DNA of 64,000 bases from an uncultured Gammaproteobacteria bacterium (GCA_963835795.1 CAWIHJ010000015.1:57-64056); one strand, 5' to 3'. Positions 47,213-58,121 are shown, counted from the first letter of the stretch. The notes: generated by a model from the letters alone, not told the origin. Program-made: numbers and translations.

Positions 47213-48640
47213 ATGACGGCAATCGATTACAACGAAAAGATCCCGAACAACGTCAACCTGGCCGAGGACCGCGCGCTGAAACGCGCGCTCGAACACTGGC
47301 AACCCAATTACCTGAGCTGGTGGCAGGACATGGGGCCCGATGGCTCACAGGATTTCGATGTCTACCTGCGCACGGCGACCAGCGTCGACCAGGAAGGCTG
47401 GGCGCAGTTCGGCTTCGTCAAGATGCCCGACTACCGCTGGGGAATATTTCTCAACCCGGCGGAAGCGGACCGCAAGATTCACTTCGGCGATCACAAGGGT
47501 GAAGACGCCTGGCAATCGGTGCCCGGCGAATACCGCGCCAACCTGCGCCGCATCATCGTCACCCAGGGCGACACCGAACCGGCTTCGGTCGAACAGCAGC
47601 GTCACCTCGGCCTGACCGCGCCGAGCCTGTACGACCTGCGCAACCTGTTCCAGGTCAACGTCGAGGAAGGCCGCCACCTGTGGGCCATGGTTTACCTGTT
47701 GCACAAGCACTTCGGCCGCGATGGCCGCGAGGAAGCCGAGGCGCTGCTCGAACGCCGCAGCGGCGAGGAAGACAACCCGCGCATCCTGCAGGCATTCAAT
47801 GAACAAACGCCCGACTGGCTGTCGTTTTTCATGTTTACCTACTTCACCGACCGCGACGGCAAGTACCAGTTGCACGCGCTCTCCGAATCCAGTTTCGATC
47901 CGCTGGCGCGCACCACGCGCTTCATGCTGACCGAGGAAGCGCACCACATGTTCGTCGGCGAATCGGGCGTGGCGCGCATCATCCAGCGTACCTGCGACAT
48001 CATGAATGAACTGAAAACCGACGACCCGGCTGAATTGCGCGCCGCCGGTGTGATCGATTTGCCGACCCTGCAGCGTTACATCAATTTCCACTTCAGCGTC
48101 ACCATCGACCTGTTCGGCGCCGACGAATCGAGCAACGCCGCCACTTTCTACACCACCGGGCTCAAGGGACGCTACACCGAACGCAAGCGTAACGATGACC
48201 ACGTGTTGAAGAATGACGCCTACCCGGTACTGCAACTGCGCGACGGCAAGCTGGTGGAAAAAGAAGTGCCCATGCTGAACGCCTTGAACGAGGTGCTGCG
48301 CGATGATTACATCCGCGATACCGTGTCCGGCGTCAAGCGCTGGAACCGGATCATCAACAAGGCCGGCGTCGACTTCCAGCTTGAAGTTCCGCACAAGGGC
48401 TTCAATCGCAAGATCGGTGCGCTCGCAGGGGTGCTGGTCAGCCCGCAGGGCGACGTACTCACGGCCGAGCAATGGCAACAACACCAGGACCAATGGCTGC
48501 CATCACAACGCGATCGCGAGTACATCGCCAGTTTGATGGGGCGCGTGGTAGAGATTGGCAAATTTGCCAACTGGATCGCACCGCCGCCGATCGGCATCAA
48601 TCGACAGCCGATCGAATTCGAATACATCCGCTTCAATTGA
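47213..48640 (+). CDS. boxB: Benzoyl-CoA 2,3-epoxidase (oxygenase) subunit BoxB.
   Basis: ORF 47153..48640. Start MTAIDYNEKIPNNVNL at 47213 after GGGGAGGA. Diiron motifs: QVNVEEGRHLWAM and MLTEEAHHMFVGE. Confidence 0.9.
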   Translation: MTAIDYNEKIPNNVNLAEDRALKRALEHWQPNYLSWWQDMGPDGSQDFDVYLRTATSVDQEGWAQFGFVKMPDYRWGIFLNPAEADRKIHFGDHKGEDAWQSVPGEYRANLRRIIVTQGDTEPASVEQQRHLGLTAPSLYDLRNLFQVNVEEGRHLWAMVYLLHKHFGRDGREEAEALLERRSGEEDNPRILQAFNEQTPDWLSFFMFTYFTDRDGKYQLHALSESSFDPLARTTRFMLTEEAHHMFVGESGVARIIQRTCDIMNELKTDDPAELRAAGVIDLPTLQRYINFHFSVTIDLFGADESSNAATFYTTGLKGRYTERKRNDDHVLKNDAYPVLQLRDGKLVEKEVPMLNALNEVLRDDYIRDTVSGVKRWNRIINKAGVDFQLEVPHKGFNRKIGALAGVLVSPQGDVLTAEQWQQHQDQWLPSQRDREYIASLMGRVVEIGKFANWIAPPPIGINRQPIEFEYIRFN

Positions 48641-48677
48641 CCGCCAAGCATCCAAGCCCGCACCTGGAGATCACGCG

Positions 48678-49472
48678 ATGACCCATCCCGCCCGGCTCAC
48701 ACTGACACAACGCGGCAGCGGTGTGACGCAGATCACCATGTCGCGGCCGGAGGTATTCAATGCCTTCGACGAGGCGATGATTGCCGAACTGGACACAACA
48801 TTCGACCAATTGACGGCCGACGACAGCGTACGCGTGATCGTGCTCGCCGGTGACGGCAAACACTTCAGCGCCGGCGCCGACCTGAAATGGATGCAACGCG
48901 CCAGCCTCGAATCGCGCGAATGGAACCTCGCCGATGCGCGCCGTTTCGCGGCCATGCTGGGCAAAATTGATGCCTGTCCCAAACCGACGCTGGCGCGCAT
49001 CCAGGGCGCAGCGCTTGGCGGTGGCGTTGGCCTCGCCTGCGCCTGCGACGTCGCGATTGCCGCCGACAACGCCAGCTTCGCCATCAGCGAGGCCAAGTTC
49101 GGCATCTTGCCGGCGGTGATCGGCCCCTACCTGACCAACGCGGTCGGCAAGCGTCACGCGCGGCGCCTGGCGCTGACAATGACGCGCATTCGCGCCGCTG
49201 AAGCCCTGGCGCTCGGCCTGGTGCACCAGGTCGCTGCGCTGGACGAACTCGATGCCGCGGTCGATGCCTGTTTGCAGGAGTTGCTCGCCGGAGGGCCAGG
49301 GGCGCAGCGCGAGATCAAGGCGTTGTTCGCCGAGCTCGAAGTCGGACCGGTCACCGAGGCGGTACGCGAACTCACCGCGCAAACCATCAGCCGGGTGCGC
49401 GGCAGCGACGAGGCACGCGAAGGCTTTAACGCATTTCTCGACAAGCGCCCGCCGAACTGGATTGCTGAATGA
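48678..49472 (+). CDS. Enoyl-CoA hydratase (methylglutaconyl-CoA hydratase-like crotonase).
   Basis: Start MTHPARLTLTQRG at 48678. Motifs: FSAGADLKWM and GAALGGGVGLACACD. Confidence 0.85.
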   Translation: MTHPARLTLTQRGSGVTQITMSRPEVFNAFDEAMIAELDTTFDQLTADDSVRVIVLAGDGKHFSAGADLKWMQRASLESREWNLADARRFAAMLGKIDACPKPTLARIQGAALGGGVGLACACDVAIAADNASFAISEAKFGILPAVIGPYLTNAVGKRHARRLALTMTRIRAAEALALGLVHQVAALDELDAAVDACLQELLAGGPGAQREIKALFAELEVGPVTEAVRELTAQTISRVRGSDEAREGFNAFLDKRPPNWIAE

Positions 49473-50971
49473 CAGCAAAGCTTGAGCAATGCCAGGTACT
49501 GGTGGCTGGCGCCGGAATCATGGGCAGTGGCATCGCGCAGGTCGCGGCGCTGGCTGGACATTCCGTGTTGCTGTTCGACAACCGCAAGGAAGCCGCGGTA
49601 TCCGCCAGGGCCGAGCTCGCCAAGCGTTTCGACAAACTGGTCGGCAAGGGCAAAATCAGCGCGGCCAACGCCGCACAGACACTGGCGCGCATCGAACCGG
49701 TTGAGCGCCTGGACGCGGCGGCGCGTTGCGCACTGGTGATCGAAGCAATCGTCGAGGACATCGATGTAAAGCGGCAATTGATGCAGGATTTCGAAACAGT
49801 CGTCAGCGCTGATTGCATACTCGCCAGCAACACTTCGTCAATCTCGATAAGCGCATTGGCCAACGGTCTGCAGCACCCCAAACGACTGGTCGGCATGCAT
49901 TTTTTCAACCCGGCCGCAATCATGAAGCTGGTCGAGGTGGTCTCCGGAATCCACACTGACTGCCGCGTCGCCGAAGCCGTTTTCAAACTCGCCGAGGCCT
50001 GGGGCAAGGTCGCCGTGCACGCACGCTCCACGCCCGGCTTTATCGTCAACCGCATCGCCCGCCCGTTCTATGCCGAAAGCCTCGCACTGTTGCAGGAGCA
50101 GGCCACGACCGTGGCGACGCTCGATGCCTGTATGCGCGGCGCGGGGTTTCGCATGGGTCCCTGCGAACTGATGGACCTGATCGGCCAGGACACCAACCTG
50201 GCGGTCACCCGCTCGGTCTACGAGGCCAATTTTTACGACAAGCGTTACCAGCCTTCGACCTTGCAGCAGGCGTTGGTGGACGCCGGCATGCTGGGCATCA
50301 AGACCGGCCAGGGGTTCTACCAGTACCCGCGGCCCGATGGCGAAGCTGAAGCAGATCTCGGCGTGCGAAAATCGCCACCATCGTCAGCAAATTTGCAGCT
50401 GCATGGCTCCTCTGCACTGGTGGAAAGGTGGATGCAGCGTCTAGACCAACAGGCCGTGGCCTACAAGTCTCTGCCCGACAGCGACTGGAACGGATTGCAG
50501 GTGGGCGCTGCGCAGTTACGCGAAACCGACGGTCGTCCGGCCAGTCAATTAGGCGATGAAATCGCCGTATTCGACCGGGTTATCGATGGCTCGATGGGCG
50601 CGGCGCTTGCCTGGAGCCATTCGTCACGCGCGTCAAGGGAGTGGATAGAACAGGTGGCAAAATGGTTAAAATTCTGCGGAATCAGCGCTCGTTGCATTGC
50701 CGATACCCCGGGCCTCATCGTGGCCCGCACGCTCGCCATGCTGATCAACGAGGCGGCCGATGCCGTGCAACAGGGCGTTTGCACCGAAGCTGACGCCGAC
50801 CGGGCGATGAAACTGGGTGTCAACTATCCGGCCGGACCTTTCGAATGGTTGGCCGGCTGGAATCCGCAGGCGGTCATCGAGCTGCTCGATCGGCTGGATG
50901 AATACTATCGCGGCGAGCGTTACCGGGTAAGCCCGTGGCTGCACCAGCGCGCCTGGCAACAGGGAGAATAG
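49469..50971 (+). CDS. 3-hydroxyacyl-CoA dehydrogenase, long PaaH-like form (500 aa).
   Basis: Intact ORF with VAGAGIMGSGIAQV, NTSSISIS, HFFNPAAIMKLVE and a duplicated C-terminal HADH domain. Confidence 0.85.
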   Translation: MTAKLEQCQVLVAGAGIMGSGIAQVAALAGHSVLLFDNRKEAAVSARAELAKRFDKLVGKGKISAANAAQTLARIEPVERLDAAARCALVIEAIVEDIDVKRQLMQDFETVVSADCILASNTSSISISALANGLQHPKRLVGMHFFNPAAIMKLVEVVSGIHTDCRVAEAVFKLAEAWGKVAVHARSTPGFIVNRIARPFYAESLALLQEQATTVATLDACMRGAGFRMGPCELMDLIGQDTNLAVTRSVYEANFYDKRYQPSTLQQALVDAGMLGIKTGQGFYQYPRPDGEAEADLGVRKSPPSSANLQLHGSSALVERWMQRLDQQAVAYKSLPDSDWNGLQVGAAQLRETDGRPASQLGDEIAVFDRVIDGSMGAALAWSHSSRASREWIEQVAKWLKFCGISARCIADTPGLIVARTLAMLINEAADAVQQGVCTEADADRAMKLGVNYPAGPFEWLAGWNPQAVIELLDRLDEYYRGERYRVSPWLHQRAWQQGE

Positions 50972-50990
50972 TGCCCGTGAAATCTAGCCC

Positions 50991-51435
50991 ATGAAATTCA
51001 AAGATTTCCACGACGGGCAAATCATCGAACTCGGACCGTACCGCGTCGACCAGGACGAAATGATCGAGTTCGCCAGGGACTGGGATCCGCAATGGTTTCA
51101 CACCGATCCGCAAGCCGCCGAGCAGGGACCTTTTGAGGGCCTGATCGGCAGTGGCTGGCTACAGTTGCGGAATCGCCATGCGCCTGGTCGCCGATCATAT
51201 ACTGGCCGGCTCGGAATCGTTCGCCTCACCCGGTCTCAAGTATCTGAAATGGCTGCATCCGGTGCGTCCCGGCGATAGCCTGTCGCTGCGCCTGACGGTG
51301 CTCGAAGTGCGCCGCTCGAGCAAGCGCCCGCAGCTTGGCATTATCGAATGGCGCTGGCAGTTGCATAATCAGCAGGACATCGACGTGCTCGAACTCGAAG
51401 TCACCAGCATGTTTAATCTTCAGGCGGAACACTGA
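50991..51435 (+). pseudogene. MaoC-like (R-specific) hydratase / hotdog protein with one +1 break (~51157).
   Basis: ORF 50991..51278 and ORF 51151..51435 join: ...DWDPQWFHTDPQAAEQGPFEGLIGSGW | YSCGIAMRLVADHIL...WLHPVRPGDSL... Confidence 0.75.
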
Positions 51436-51436
51436 A

Positions 51437-52639
51437 ATGAACCAGGCCTTTATCTGCGATGCGATTCGCACGCCCTTCGGACGTTACGGCGGCGCACTGG
51501 CAACGGTGCGCACCGACGATCTCGGCGCCATTCCCATCCAGGCGATGATGACACGTAACCCGCAGGTGGACTGGGAAGCCATCGCCGATGTGATTTACGG
51601 CTGCGCCAACCAGGCAGGCGAGGACAATCGCAACGTGGCGCGCATGTGTGGCCTGCTCGCGGGCCTGCCGGAATCGGTGCCCGGATCGACCGTCAACCGG
51701 CTGTGCGGCTCGGGGATGGACGCGGTCGGCAGCGCCGCGCGTGCGCTCAAATGCGGCGAGGCGCAGTTGATGATCGCCGGTGGCGTCGAAAGCATGAGCC
51801 GCGCGCCGTTCGTGATGCCGAAGGCTGAAACCGCCTTCAGCCGCGACAACGTGATCTACGACACCACGCTCGGCTGGCGATTCGTCAACCCGTTGATGCA
51901 GCAACAATACGGCATCGATTCGATGCCGGAAACCGCGGAAAACGTCGCCGCCGAATTTGGCATCGATCGCGAGGATCAGGATCGTATGGCGTTGCGTTCG
52001 CAACAAAACACGGCGCGCGCACAGCGCGACGGTTTCTTCGAGGCCGAGATCGCACCGGTCTTCGTGGCGCAACGCAAGGGTGATCCGCTAGTCGTCGAGC
52101 AAGATGAACATCCGCGCGAGACCTCGCTGGAAAAGCTCGCCAGGTTACGCCCGATCGTTCGCGACAATGGTACGGTGACTGCCGGCAATGCCTCCGGCAT
52201 CAATGACGGCGCCTGCGCGCTGTTGCTCGCCGATGAAAGCGCCGCGCAAAAATACGGCTTGACGCCGCGCGCGCGCGTACTGGGCATGGCCAGCAGCGGG
52301 GTCGCGCCGCGCATCATGGGCATTGGGCCGGCACCAGCGACGCGCCGATTGCTGGCGCAGACCGGCCTGCGCCTCGATCAGATCGATGTCATCGAACTGA
52401 ACGAGGCTTTCGCAGCACAAGGCCTCGCCGTGCTGCGCGACCTCGGCCTGCAGGACGACGACCCGCGCGTGAACGCCAACGGCGGCGCGATTGCCCTCGG
52501 CCATCCACTCGGCGCCAGCGGTGCCCGCCTGGTTACCACCGCCGTCAACCAGTTGCACAGGGGCAGCGGCCATTACGCGCTGTGCACCATGTGCGTCGGC
52601 GTCGGCCAGGGCATCGCCATCCTGCTCGAGAAAGTATGA
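51437..52639 (+). CDS. 3-oxoadipyl-CoA/beta-ketoadipyl-CoA thiolase (PaaJ/PcaF-like).
   Basis: Start [19 protein letters not shown] at 51437. Motifs: [37 protein letters not shown]. Confidence 0.9.
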   Translation: MNQAFICDAIRTPFGRYGGALATVRTDDLGAIPIQAMMTRNPQVDWEAIADVIYGCANQAGEDNRNVARMCGLLAGLPESVPGSTVNRLCGSGMDAVGSAARALKCGEAQLMIAGGVESMSRAPFVMPKAETAFSRDNVIYDTTLGWRFVNPLMQQQYGIDSMPETAENVAAEFGIDREDQDRMALRSQQNTARAQRDGFFEAEIAPVFVAQRKGDPLVVEQDEHPRETSLEKLARLRPIVRDNGTVTAGNASGINDGACALLLADESAAQKYGLTPRARVLGMASSGVAPRIMGIGPAPATRRLLAQTGLRLDQIDVIELNEAFAAQGLAVLRDLGLQDDDPRVNANGGAIALGHPLGASGARLVTTAVNQLHRGSGHYALCTMCVGVGQGIAILLEKV

Positions 52640-52708
52640 TGCGCATACTGCCTGTACAGCACTGCAACACTTTTTAATTCCGGGGAATCGAGCAGCTTGA
52701 TCGCACCG

Positions 52709-53932
52709 ATGGAAAAACCGCCTGGCAAACCGCCCGGGGCACGACGCGTGTGGGCCGATTTCGGCCTCACCTATGCCGCCAACGGATTCGTCGGCTGGCT
52801 GTTCGCGGTGACCGCCCCGGTTGCGATCATCCTTGCCGTCGGCAGTCGCGGCGGACTCAGCGAAGCCGAAATAGCCTCCTGGGTTTTTGGCGTATTTTTC
52901 TTCAACGGCCTGATCACCATCGGATACTGTTGGTTCTATCGGCAACCGTTAGTGTTTTTCTGGACCATACCCGGCGCCGTGCTGGTCGGACCCGCGCTCG
53001 AACACCTGTCCTTCGCCGAGGTCGTCGGCGCCTTTTACCTGACCGGCGTACTGATGTTCCTGCTCAGCATTACCGGATGGGTCAAACGCGCGATGGCGGC
53101 CGTGCCGATGCCCATCGTCATGGGTATGGTGGCCGGCGTGTTCCTGCGCTTCGGCCTCGACCTGGTGCGTGCGCTGCACGCCGATCTCGGCATCGCGGGT
53201 CCGATGGTCATGACCTGGCTGGTATTGAGTGCGATGCCGGCCCTTGGCCGACGCCTGCCGCCGCTGATCGGCGCCTTGCTGGCTGGCATCGCTGCGGCTT
53301 TGCTGGACGGACGCCTGGCGAGCGGGACCTTCGCCACGCTCGATATCATCGAGCCGGTGCTGCAGGCGCCGGCCTGGTCAATCGCCGCGATGATCGAACT
53401 CGTGGTGCCGCTCGCAATTACCGTGCTGGTGGTGCAAAACGGCCAGGGCATTGCCGTGTTACGCGCGGTTGGCCATCAGCCCCCGGTCAACGCGATCACC
53501 GCGGCCTGCGGCATCGGCAGCGTGATCAGTGCTGTCTTCGGCGGGGTCAGTAGCTGCCTGACAGGCCCGACCAACGCGATTGTCAGCAGTTCCGGCGAGC
53601 CAGCGCGCCACTACACGGCCGGCATCTTCGTCGGCGTTCTCGCGCTCGCTTTTGGCCTGCTCGCGCCGACCTTTACCCGTTTCTTGCTCGAAGCACCCGA
53701 GGCGTTCGTGATGACACTCGCAGGCCTGGCGATGCTGAAAATCCTGCAGGCCGCCTTCGTCACCTGCTTCAAGGACCGCTTCACGCTGGGCGCGCTGGTC
53801 GCGTTTCTGGTGACCGTGGCTGACCTGCCGCTGTTTAACATCGGTGCCGCGTTCTGGGGCCTGATCGCAGGCATGCTGATTTCGAGGCTGCTCGAACGCC
53901 AGGATTTCATCGACGCCGGCCGCGCCGGTTGA
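52709..53932 (+). CDS. benE: Benzoate membrane transport protein (BenE family).
   Basis: ORF 52697..53932; the start is either TTG 52697 or ATG 52709. Multi-TM protein with a BenE-like N-terminus (FGLTYAANGFVGWLFAVTAP). Benzoate catabolic context. Confidence 0.75.
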   Translation: MEKPPGKPPGARRVWADFGLTYAANGFVGWLFAVTAPVAIILAVGSRGGLSEAEIASWVFGVFFFNGLITIGYCWFYRQPLVFFWTIPGAVLVGPALEHLSFAEVVGAFYLTGVLMFLLSITGWVKRAMAAVPMPIVMGMVAGVFLRFGLDLVRALHADLGIAGPMVMTWLVLSAMPALGRRLPPLIGALLAGIAAALLDGRLASGTFATLDIIEPVLQAPAWSIAAMIELVVPLAITVLVVQNGQGIAVLRAVGHQPPVNAITAACGIGSVISAVFGGVSSCLTGPTNAIVSSSGEPARHYTAGIFVGVLALAFGLLAPTFTRFLLEAPEAFVMTLAGLAMLKILQAAFVTCFKDRFTLGALVAFLVTVADLPLFNIGAAFWGLIAGMLISRLLERQDFIDAGRAG

Positions 53933-53940
53933 ACCGGGAA

Positions 53941-55113
53941 ATGACGTTACAAGTGACCCATTGGTGGAAAGTCTGGATTGCCTTTCTCGCGGGCTGTGTG
54001 GCCGCCTTCCAGATCGGCAAGACCTTCGCATCGCTGTCGCTGATCATCGATGAACTGAGTTTGAGCCTGGTACAGGCCGGGCTGATCCTGTCGTTGTTCA
54101 GCCTGATCGCGGCCATTGCAGGTGCCGGATTCGGGCTGTTGTCGGACCGTGTCGGTCACTTGCGAATGGCCATGACTGGCTTGACCCTCTCCGCGCTTGG
54201 GTCGTTTGCCGGCGCCCAGGTATCGACCATCGAGTTGCTGTTGCTGTCGCGCCTGTTCGAAGGCTTCGGCTTCATACTCACCATCGTCGCGCTGCCGTCG
54301 TTGATCGGTCGTTCCGCCAGCGACCGCGACCGGCCGTTGGCGATGGGACTGTGGGGTGCTTTCATGCCCGCCGGAATTGGCCTGTCGATGATCATCACAC
54401 CACCGCTGGTGGCATGGCACGGCTGGCGGGGACTGTGGATCGACGTCGGTATCCTGTCATTGCTTTGGGCGGCAGTGCTATACCTCGGCTTCCGTCGATC
54501 GGCATCGCCACCCGGAGTGTCGCTCAGCAGTGTTGATATTGTTGGCAGTATTTTGCGCCTCGGCCCGCTGATGGTAGTCGCCGGCTTCATCTGTTATTCC
54601 AGCCTGTACCAGTCGCTGACGGCGTTTTTACCGACCATGCTGGTTACCGAATACGACCTCTCGCTAGCCAATGCAGCACGCTTTGGTGCGCTGGTGGTAG
54701 TCGGTAACATCATCGGCAACGTCGGTGCTGGCTGGTTGATCGGCCGCGGATTCAGCGCGTGGAAACTGCTCACGGTTTCATTCGTAGTGATGGGATTGTG
54801 CGCGATGCTGGTATTTGCGACCTTCACCGATCCACCGGTCAAGGTGCTCGCCGGTTTTCTTTTTTCCGCGTTTGGCGGCATGTTCCCGGGCACTGCCTTC
54901 GTGCTGGCCGCACGCTTTTCCCCGAGCCCGTCGCAAATGGCGCTGATGGCGGGCTTCATGTTGCAGGGCGCGGGGATCGGTCAAACCATCGGTCCATTGA
55001 TGGTCAGTTCGATTGTCGAGTATGCCGCCAGTTGGAACGCCGCCAACCTGGTAGTCGTCGCCCTGGCGGGCATCGGTCTCGCCTGTGCACTGGTGCTGCG
55101 CCAGCGCAGTTGA
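53941..55113 (+). CDS. MFS transporter.
   Basis: ORF 53929..55113; the start is either TTG 53929 or ATG 53941. About 12 hydrophobic segments, with an LSDRVGHLR MFS loop motif. Confidence 0.78.
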   Translation: MTLQVTHWWKVWIAFLAGCVAAFQIGKTFASLSLIIDELSLSLVQAGLILSLFSLIAAIAGAGFGLLSDRVGHLRMAMTGLTLSALGSFAGAQVSTIELLLLSRLFEGFGFILTIVALPSLIGRSASDRDRPLAMGLWGAFMPAGIGLSMIITPPLVAWHGWRGLWIDVGILSLLWAAVLYLGFRRSASPPGVSLSSVDIVGSILRLGPLMVVAGFICYSSLYQSLTAFLPTMLVTEYDLSLANAARFGALVVVGNIIGNVGAGWLIGRGFSAWKLLTVSFVVMGLCAMLVFATFTDPPVKVLAGFLFSAFGGMFPGTAFVLAARFSPSPSQMALMAGFMLQGAGIGQTIGPLMVSSIVEYAASWNAANLVVVALAGIGLACALVLRQRS

Positions 55114-55139
55114 CCATTACTCGCCTGCTACCAACGGCA

Positions 55140-55805
55140 TCAGCGCAAGTCATCGGCCGCACGCGGCGTCTTGCCACAGCCACCTTCCCGGTCGTTGCGG
55201 TGCACGAAGGCCGGCAGCGAAAGATGGTAGATCATTGCCAGGCCACGCACCGCAAAGGTAGCAACACTGCCCGCGATCAGGGCGATGACGGGTGCAACCG
55301 CCAATTCGATCAGGCAAACGTACAGCGAGGCCCCGACCAGTGCTGCGGTGACGTAGATTTCACGCAACAGGATCAACGGCGTTTCATTGCAGAGGATGTC
55401 GCGGATCAGCCCGCCGAAAGTCGCACTGACCACGCCCAGCAGTGCCGCGATGATCAATGGCGCATCGTTGTCGAGCGCCGTCTGCGCACCCAGCACCGCA
55501 AATACGGCGAGACCGACCGCATCGGCCCACAGCAGTAGTTTGAGCCGCGAAGCGATGATTGGCACGGCGACGAAGGTGACCAGCGCCGCGACCACGCACA
55601 GCACGATGTATTGTGGCTGCTCGATCCAGAAAACCGGCAGGCGGCCGAGCAACATGTCGCGTATGCTGCCACCGCCGATTCCGGTGACGATCCCGAGGAG
55701 CGCAAAGCCCACCACGTCCATGCGCGCACGCGCCGCGGCCAGTGCCCCCGATACCGCAAACACGACAATTCCGAAATAATCCAGAAATTCGATCACCAGA
55801 TTCAC
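55140..55805 (-). CDS. Trimeric intracellular cation channel family protein (UPF0126/YadS-like).
   Basis: ORF 55140..55838(-). The favoured start is the GTG at 55805 (AAGGAA upstream). Duplicated UPF0126 motif: VFAVSGALAA...GIGGGSIRD and VFAVLGAQTA...ATFGGLIRD. Confidence 0.7.
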   Translation of the reverse strand: MNLVIEFLDYFGIVVFAVSGALAAARARMDVVGFALLGIVTGIGGGSIRDMLLGRLPVFWIEQPQYIVLCVVAALVTFVAVPIIASRLKLLLWADAVGLAVFAVLGAQTALDNDAPLIIAALLGVVSATFGGLIRDILCNETPLILLREIYVTAALVGASLYVCLIELAVAPVIALIAGSVATFAVRGLAMIYHLSLPAFVHRNDREGGCGKTPRAADDLR

Positions 55806-55940
55806 GTTTACATTCCTTAAGCCAGATAATCGGCGCACGATACCTACTTCAACGGAAAATAGGTATCGTCCGCAGCGACTATTTTCGTCCGGCGCGCGAA
55901 TTTCTCGGGGAACGGCCTTCCCTGGCCATGGTGTCGAGGA

Positions 55941-57287
55941 TTATTGCAGCAGCTTGGCCTTGAAGCGACGCGTCAGCGGGCTGAAGGGTTTGTGCACTTC
56001 GCGTTCGTTGAGCAGATTGGTGGCCAGGCCCGCCTGGCCGCCGCGAATGGCCGCTTCGATCAGGGTCTGGCTGAGGATATCGCGTTGCGCATTGCTGCCG
56101 CCGAAACGGTTGGCGATGCCGCGGATCGGATACAGGGCGGCGATCGCATCCGCGTATCGCTGTTCAGCAAAGGCGATCATTCCCGTGGCCGCCGGCACGC
56201 CGACATCGCGCGCCATCATGGCGGTCAATGGCGGGTTGGTGGCGACGGCCGCTTGCAGATCGTCGAGGATCGCGCGGGCCTCGGGCAGGCGTCCCGCACC
56301 GAGCAGGGCGATGACGGCGTGCAGGTCATTGAAGGCGTAGTAGCCGTTTTCATCCGGCGTCTTGCGTGCCCACAGTTCGGCGATCAGCTTCCAGCGATCA
56401 CCCAGGTCGACATCCTGCAGATACAGACGCCACAAAAGTGCAGATGCGTCCAGCATTTGCAATGACACTTCCGATTCTTCCGGCAATATCTGCTCATCGT
56501 ATAGATCGATCGCGCTGGCAAAATCTTCCTGCTCCATGTGGAACAACGCCAGGTGCCACCAGTTGTGGAAGGCGAAACCATTGCCCGGCGCCCAGTCGTC
56601 GACGCGGCTGCGCATGAATTGCTGGCCTTCTTCGTAGCGATTCTGCATTTCCAGCACATGCGCCATGGCGTGCACACTCCAGCCGTCGCGCGCTTCAATG
56701 GAAAGCGCCTGCATCGCCGTTTCCTCGGCACGCTCAAACTGGTTGCACTCTTCAAGGCCAAAGGCTTGCATCCCGAGTATGTACGAATAGCCTGGCGTCG
56801 ATTCATCCCAGTTGGCAATTACCCGGCCAATGCGATCGCGCAGATTGACCGCGTCGCCGGTATAAAAATCGGTCAAATGCGCCAATTGGATTGCCAGGGC
56901 ATCGCGCGGATACTCCGCCAGTACCTGGTCCCAGGCGACGCAGGCCGTGTCCCAGCGGCCTTCCATCCAGTGGCGCGTCGCTCCGATCATGGCCTTTTCA
57001 CGATCATTCGATTTGTGTGCCAAGGCCTCGGCAGCCTCGATGCTGGCGCGCACCATCGGCAAATACTGGCGCTCGGACATCATCATCATGGCACTGGCAT
57101 TAAATACGTGCCCCATGACAAATTCGGGATCACTTTCCAGCGTGGTGGCCAGGGTCTCGGTCGGATCGCCAAAATAGCTCTGAAACTGGTAGATGGCACG
57201 CTCGTAGTCTTCGAGTGATTCGGGTAGGCAGGCTGACACCGGCGTGTCACGGGCATCAACTTGGACAGGGTTGGTGGGTATCATCAT
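55941..57287 (-). CDS. Tetratricopeptide-repeat protein (TTC38-like).
   Basis: ORF 55941..57386(-). Start MMIPTNPVQ at 57287 after AGGAGA. All-helical TPR-like repeats. The family call is from memory. Confidence 0.6.
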   Translation of the reverse strand: MMIPTNPVQVDARDTPVSACLPESLEDYERAIYQFQSYFGDPTETLATTLESDPEFVMGHVFNASAMMMMSERQYLPMVRASIEAAEALAHKSNDREKAMIGATRHWMEGRWDTACVAWDQVLAEYPRDALAIQLAHLTDFYTGDAVNLRDRIGRVIANWDESTPGYSYILGMQAFGLEECNQFERAEETAMQALSIEARDGWSVHAMAHVLEMQNRYEEGQQFMRSRVDDWAPGNGFAFHNWWHLALFHMEQEDFASAIDLYDEQILPEESEVSLQMLDASALLWRLYLQDVDLGDRWKLIAELWARKTPDENGYYAFNDLHAVIALLGAGRLPEARAILDDLQAAVATNPPLTAMMARDVGVPAATGMIAFAEQRYADAIAALYPIRGIANRFGGSNAQRDILSQTLIEAAIRGGQAGLATNLLNEREVHKPFSPLTRRFKAKLLQ

Positions 57288-57542
57288 CGCTCTCCTGGAA
57301 TTTAGTGACTGAATCGGCTCGTTTGCACAGACGCTCGGCGGTAGATGCGGATATTCTGACACACCACTCGCGCAAATACAGTGCACTTCAGGTTAACAAT
57401 TTATTCGCTTTACAGGGCCAGCCAATAGTATCCTGAATCGTTCTCGAGGCATTTTGCTGACTCTGAAAGCTGATATAGGTCAAGGGCAGATACCGCGCCG
57501 AAGCCTATTATTGGTATCTAACCCGGTTGAGGCAGAGTATCG

Positions 57543-58121
57543 ATGTCCGCAATCACGATCATCAAAAATGAACACCAGAACCTTGCTGCTGTGCTCTTCA
57601 GCCTGGAGCATTTGCTAGCCGAGATCGATAGCGGCAAGCAGGCGGACTTTGCCGTGTTTCACGGGCTGTTTACCTACATCGACCGCTTTCTCGATCGTTA
57701 CCATCACCCCAAGGAAAACGAATTTCTGTTTCCCGCGCTGTTGGCACGCGCGCCGGATTGCGCGGCACTGGTGCAGCAACTGGGCGAGCAACATCGCGAC
57801 GGCGCAAGGATGTTCGTCGACATGCTGAAAGCCCTGTCGGCCTATGAATTCTGTGGTGCCAGCGAATACGCGAATTTTCGCGATTGCGTACTGGCCTATT
57901 GCCACTTCGAGCGCGAGCACGCGGCGCTCGAAGAGCGCGAGGTACTGCCGCGCGCCATCGAAGTATTTACCGACTCGGATTGGGCTCGGATCAATACGGC
58001 CTTTGGTGAAAATCAGGATCCCATGTTCGGCGATCGGTGGAACGACGAATTCTCCGTGCTGTTCAGTAAGCTGGTCAATTCGCTGCCCAGCCCACTCGGC
58101 CTCGGTGACGCCTGGAAATAA
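57543..58121 (+). CDS. Hemerythrin-like domain protein.
   Basis: 192-aa intact ORF with the His/Glu spacing typical of hemerythrin cation-binding domains (IKNEHQNL, YHHPKENEFLFP, HFEREHAALEE). Confidence 0.7.
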   Translation: MSAITIIKNEHQNLAAVLFSLEHLLAEIDSGKQADFAVFHGLFTYIDRFLDRYHHPKENEFLFPALLARAPDCAALVQQLGEQHRDGARMFVDMLKALSAYEFCGASEYANFRDCVLAYCHFEREHAALEEREVLPRAIEVFTDSDWARINTAFGENQDPMFGDRWNDEFSVLFSKLVNSLPSPLGLGDAWK

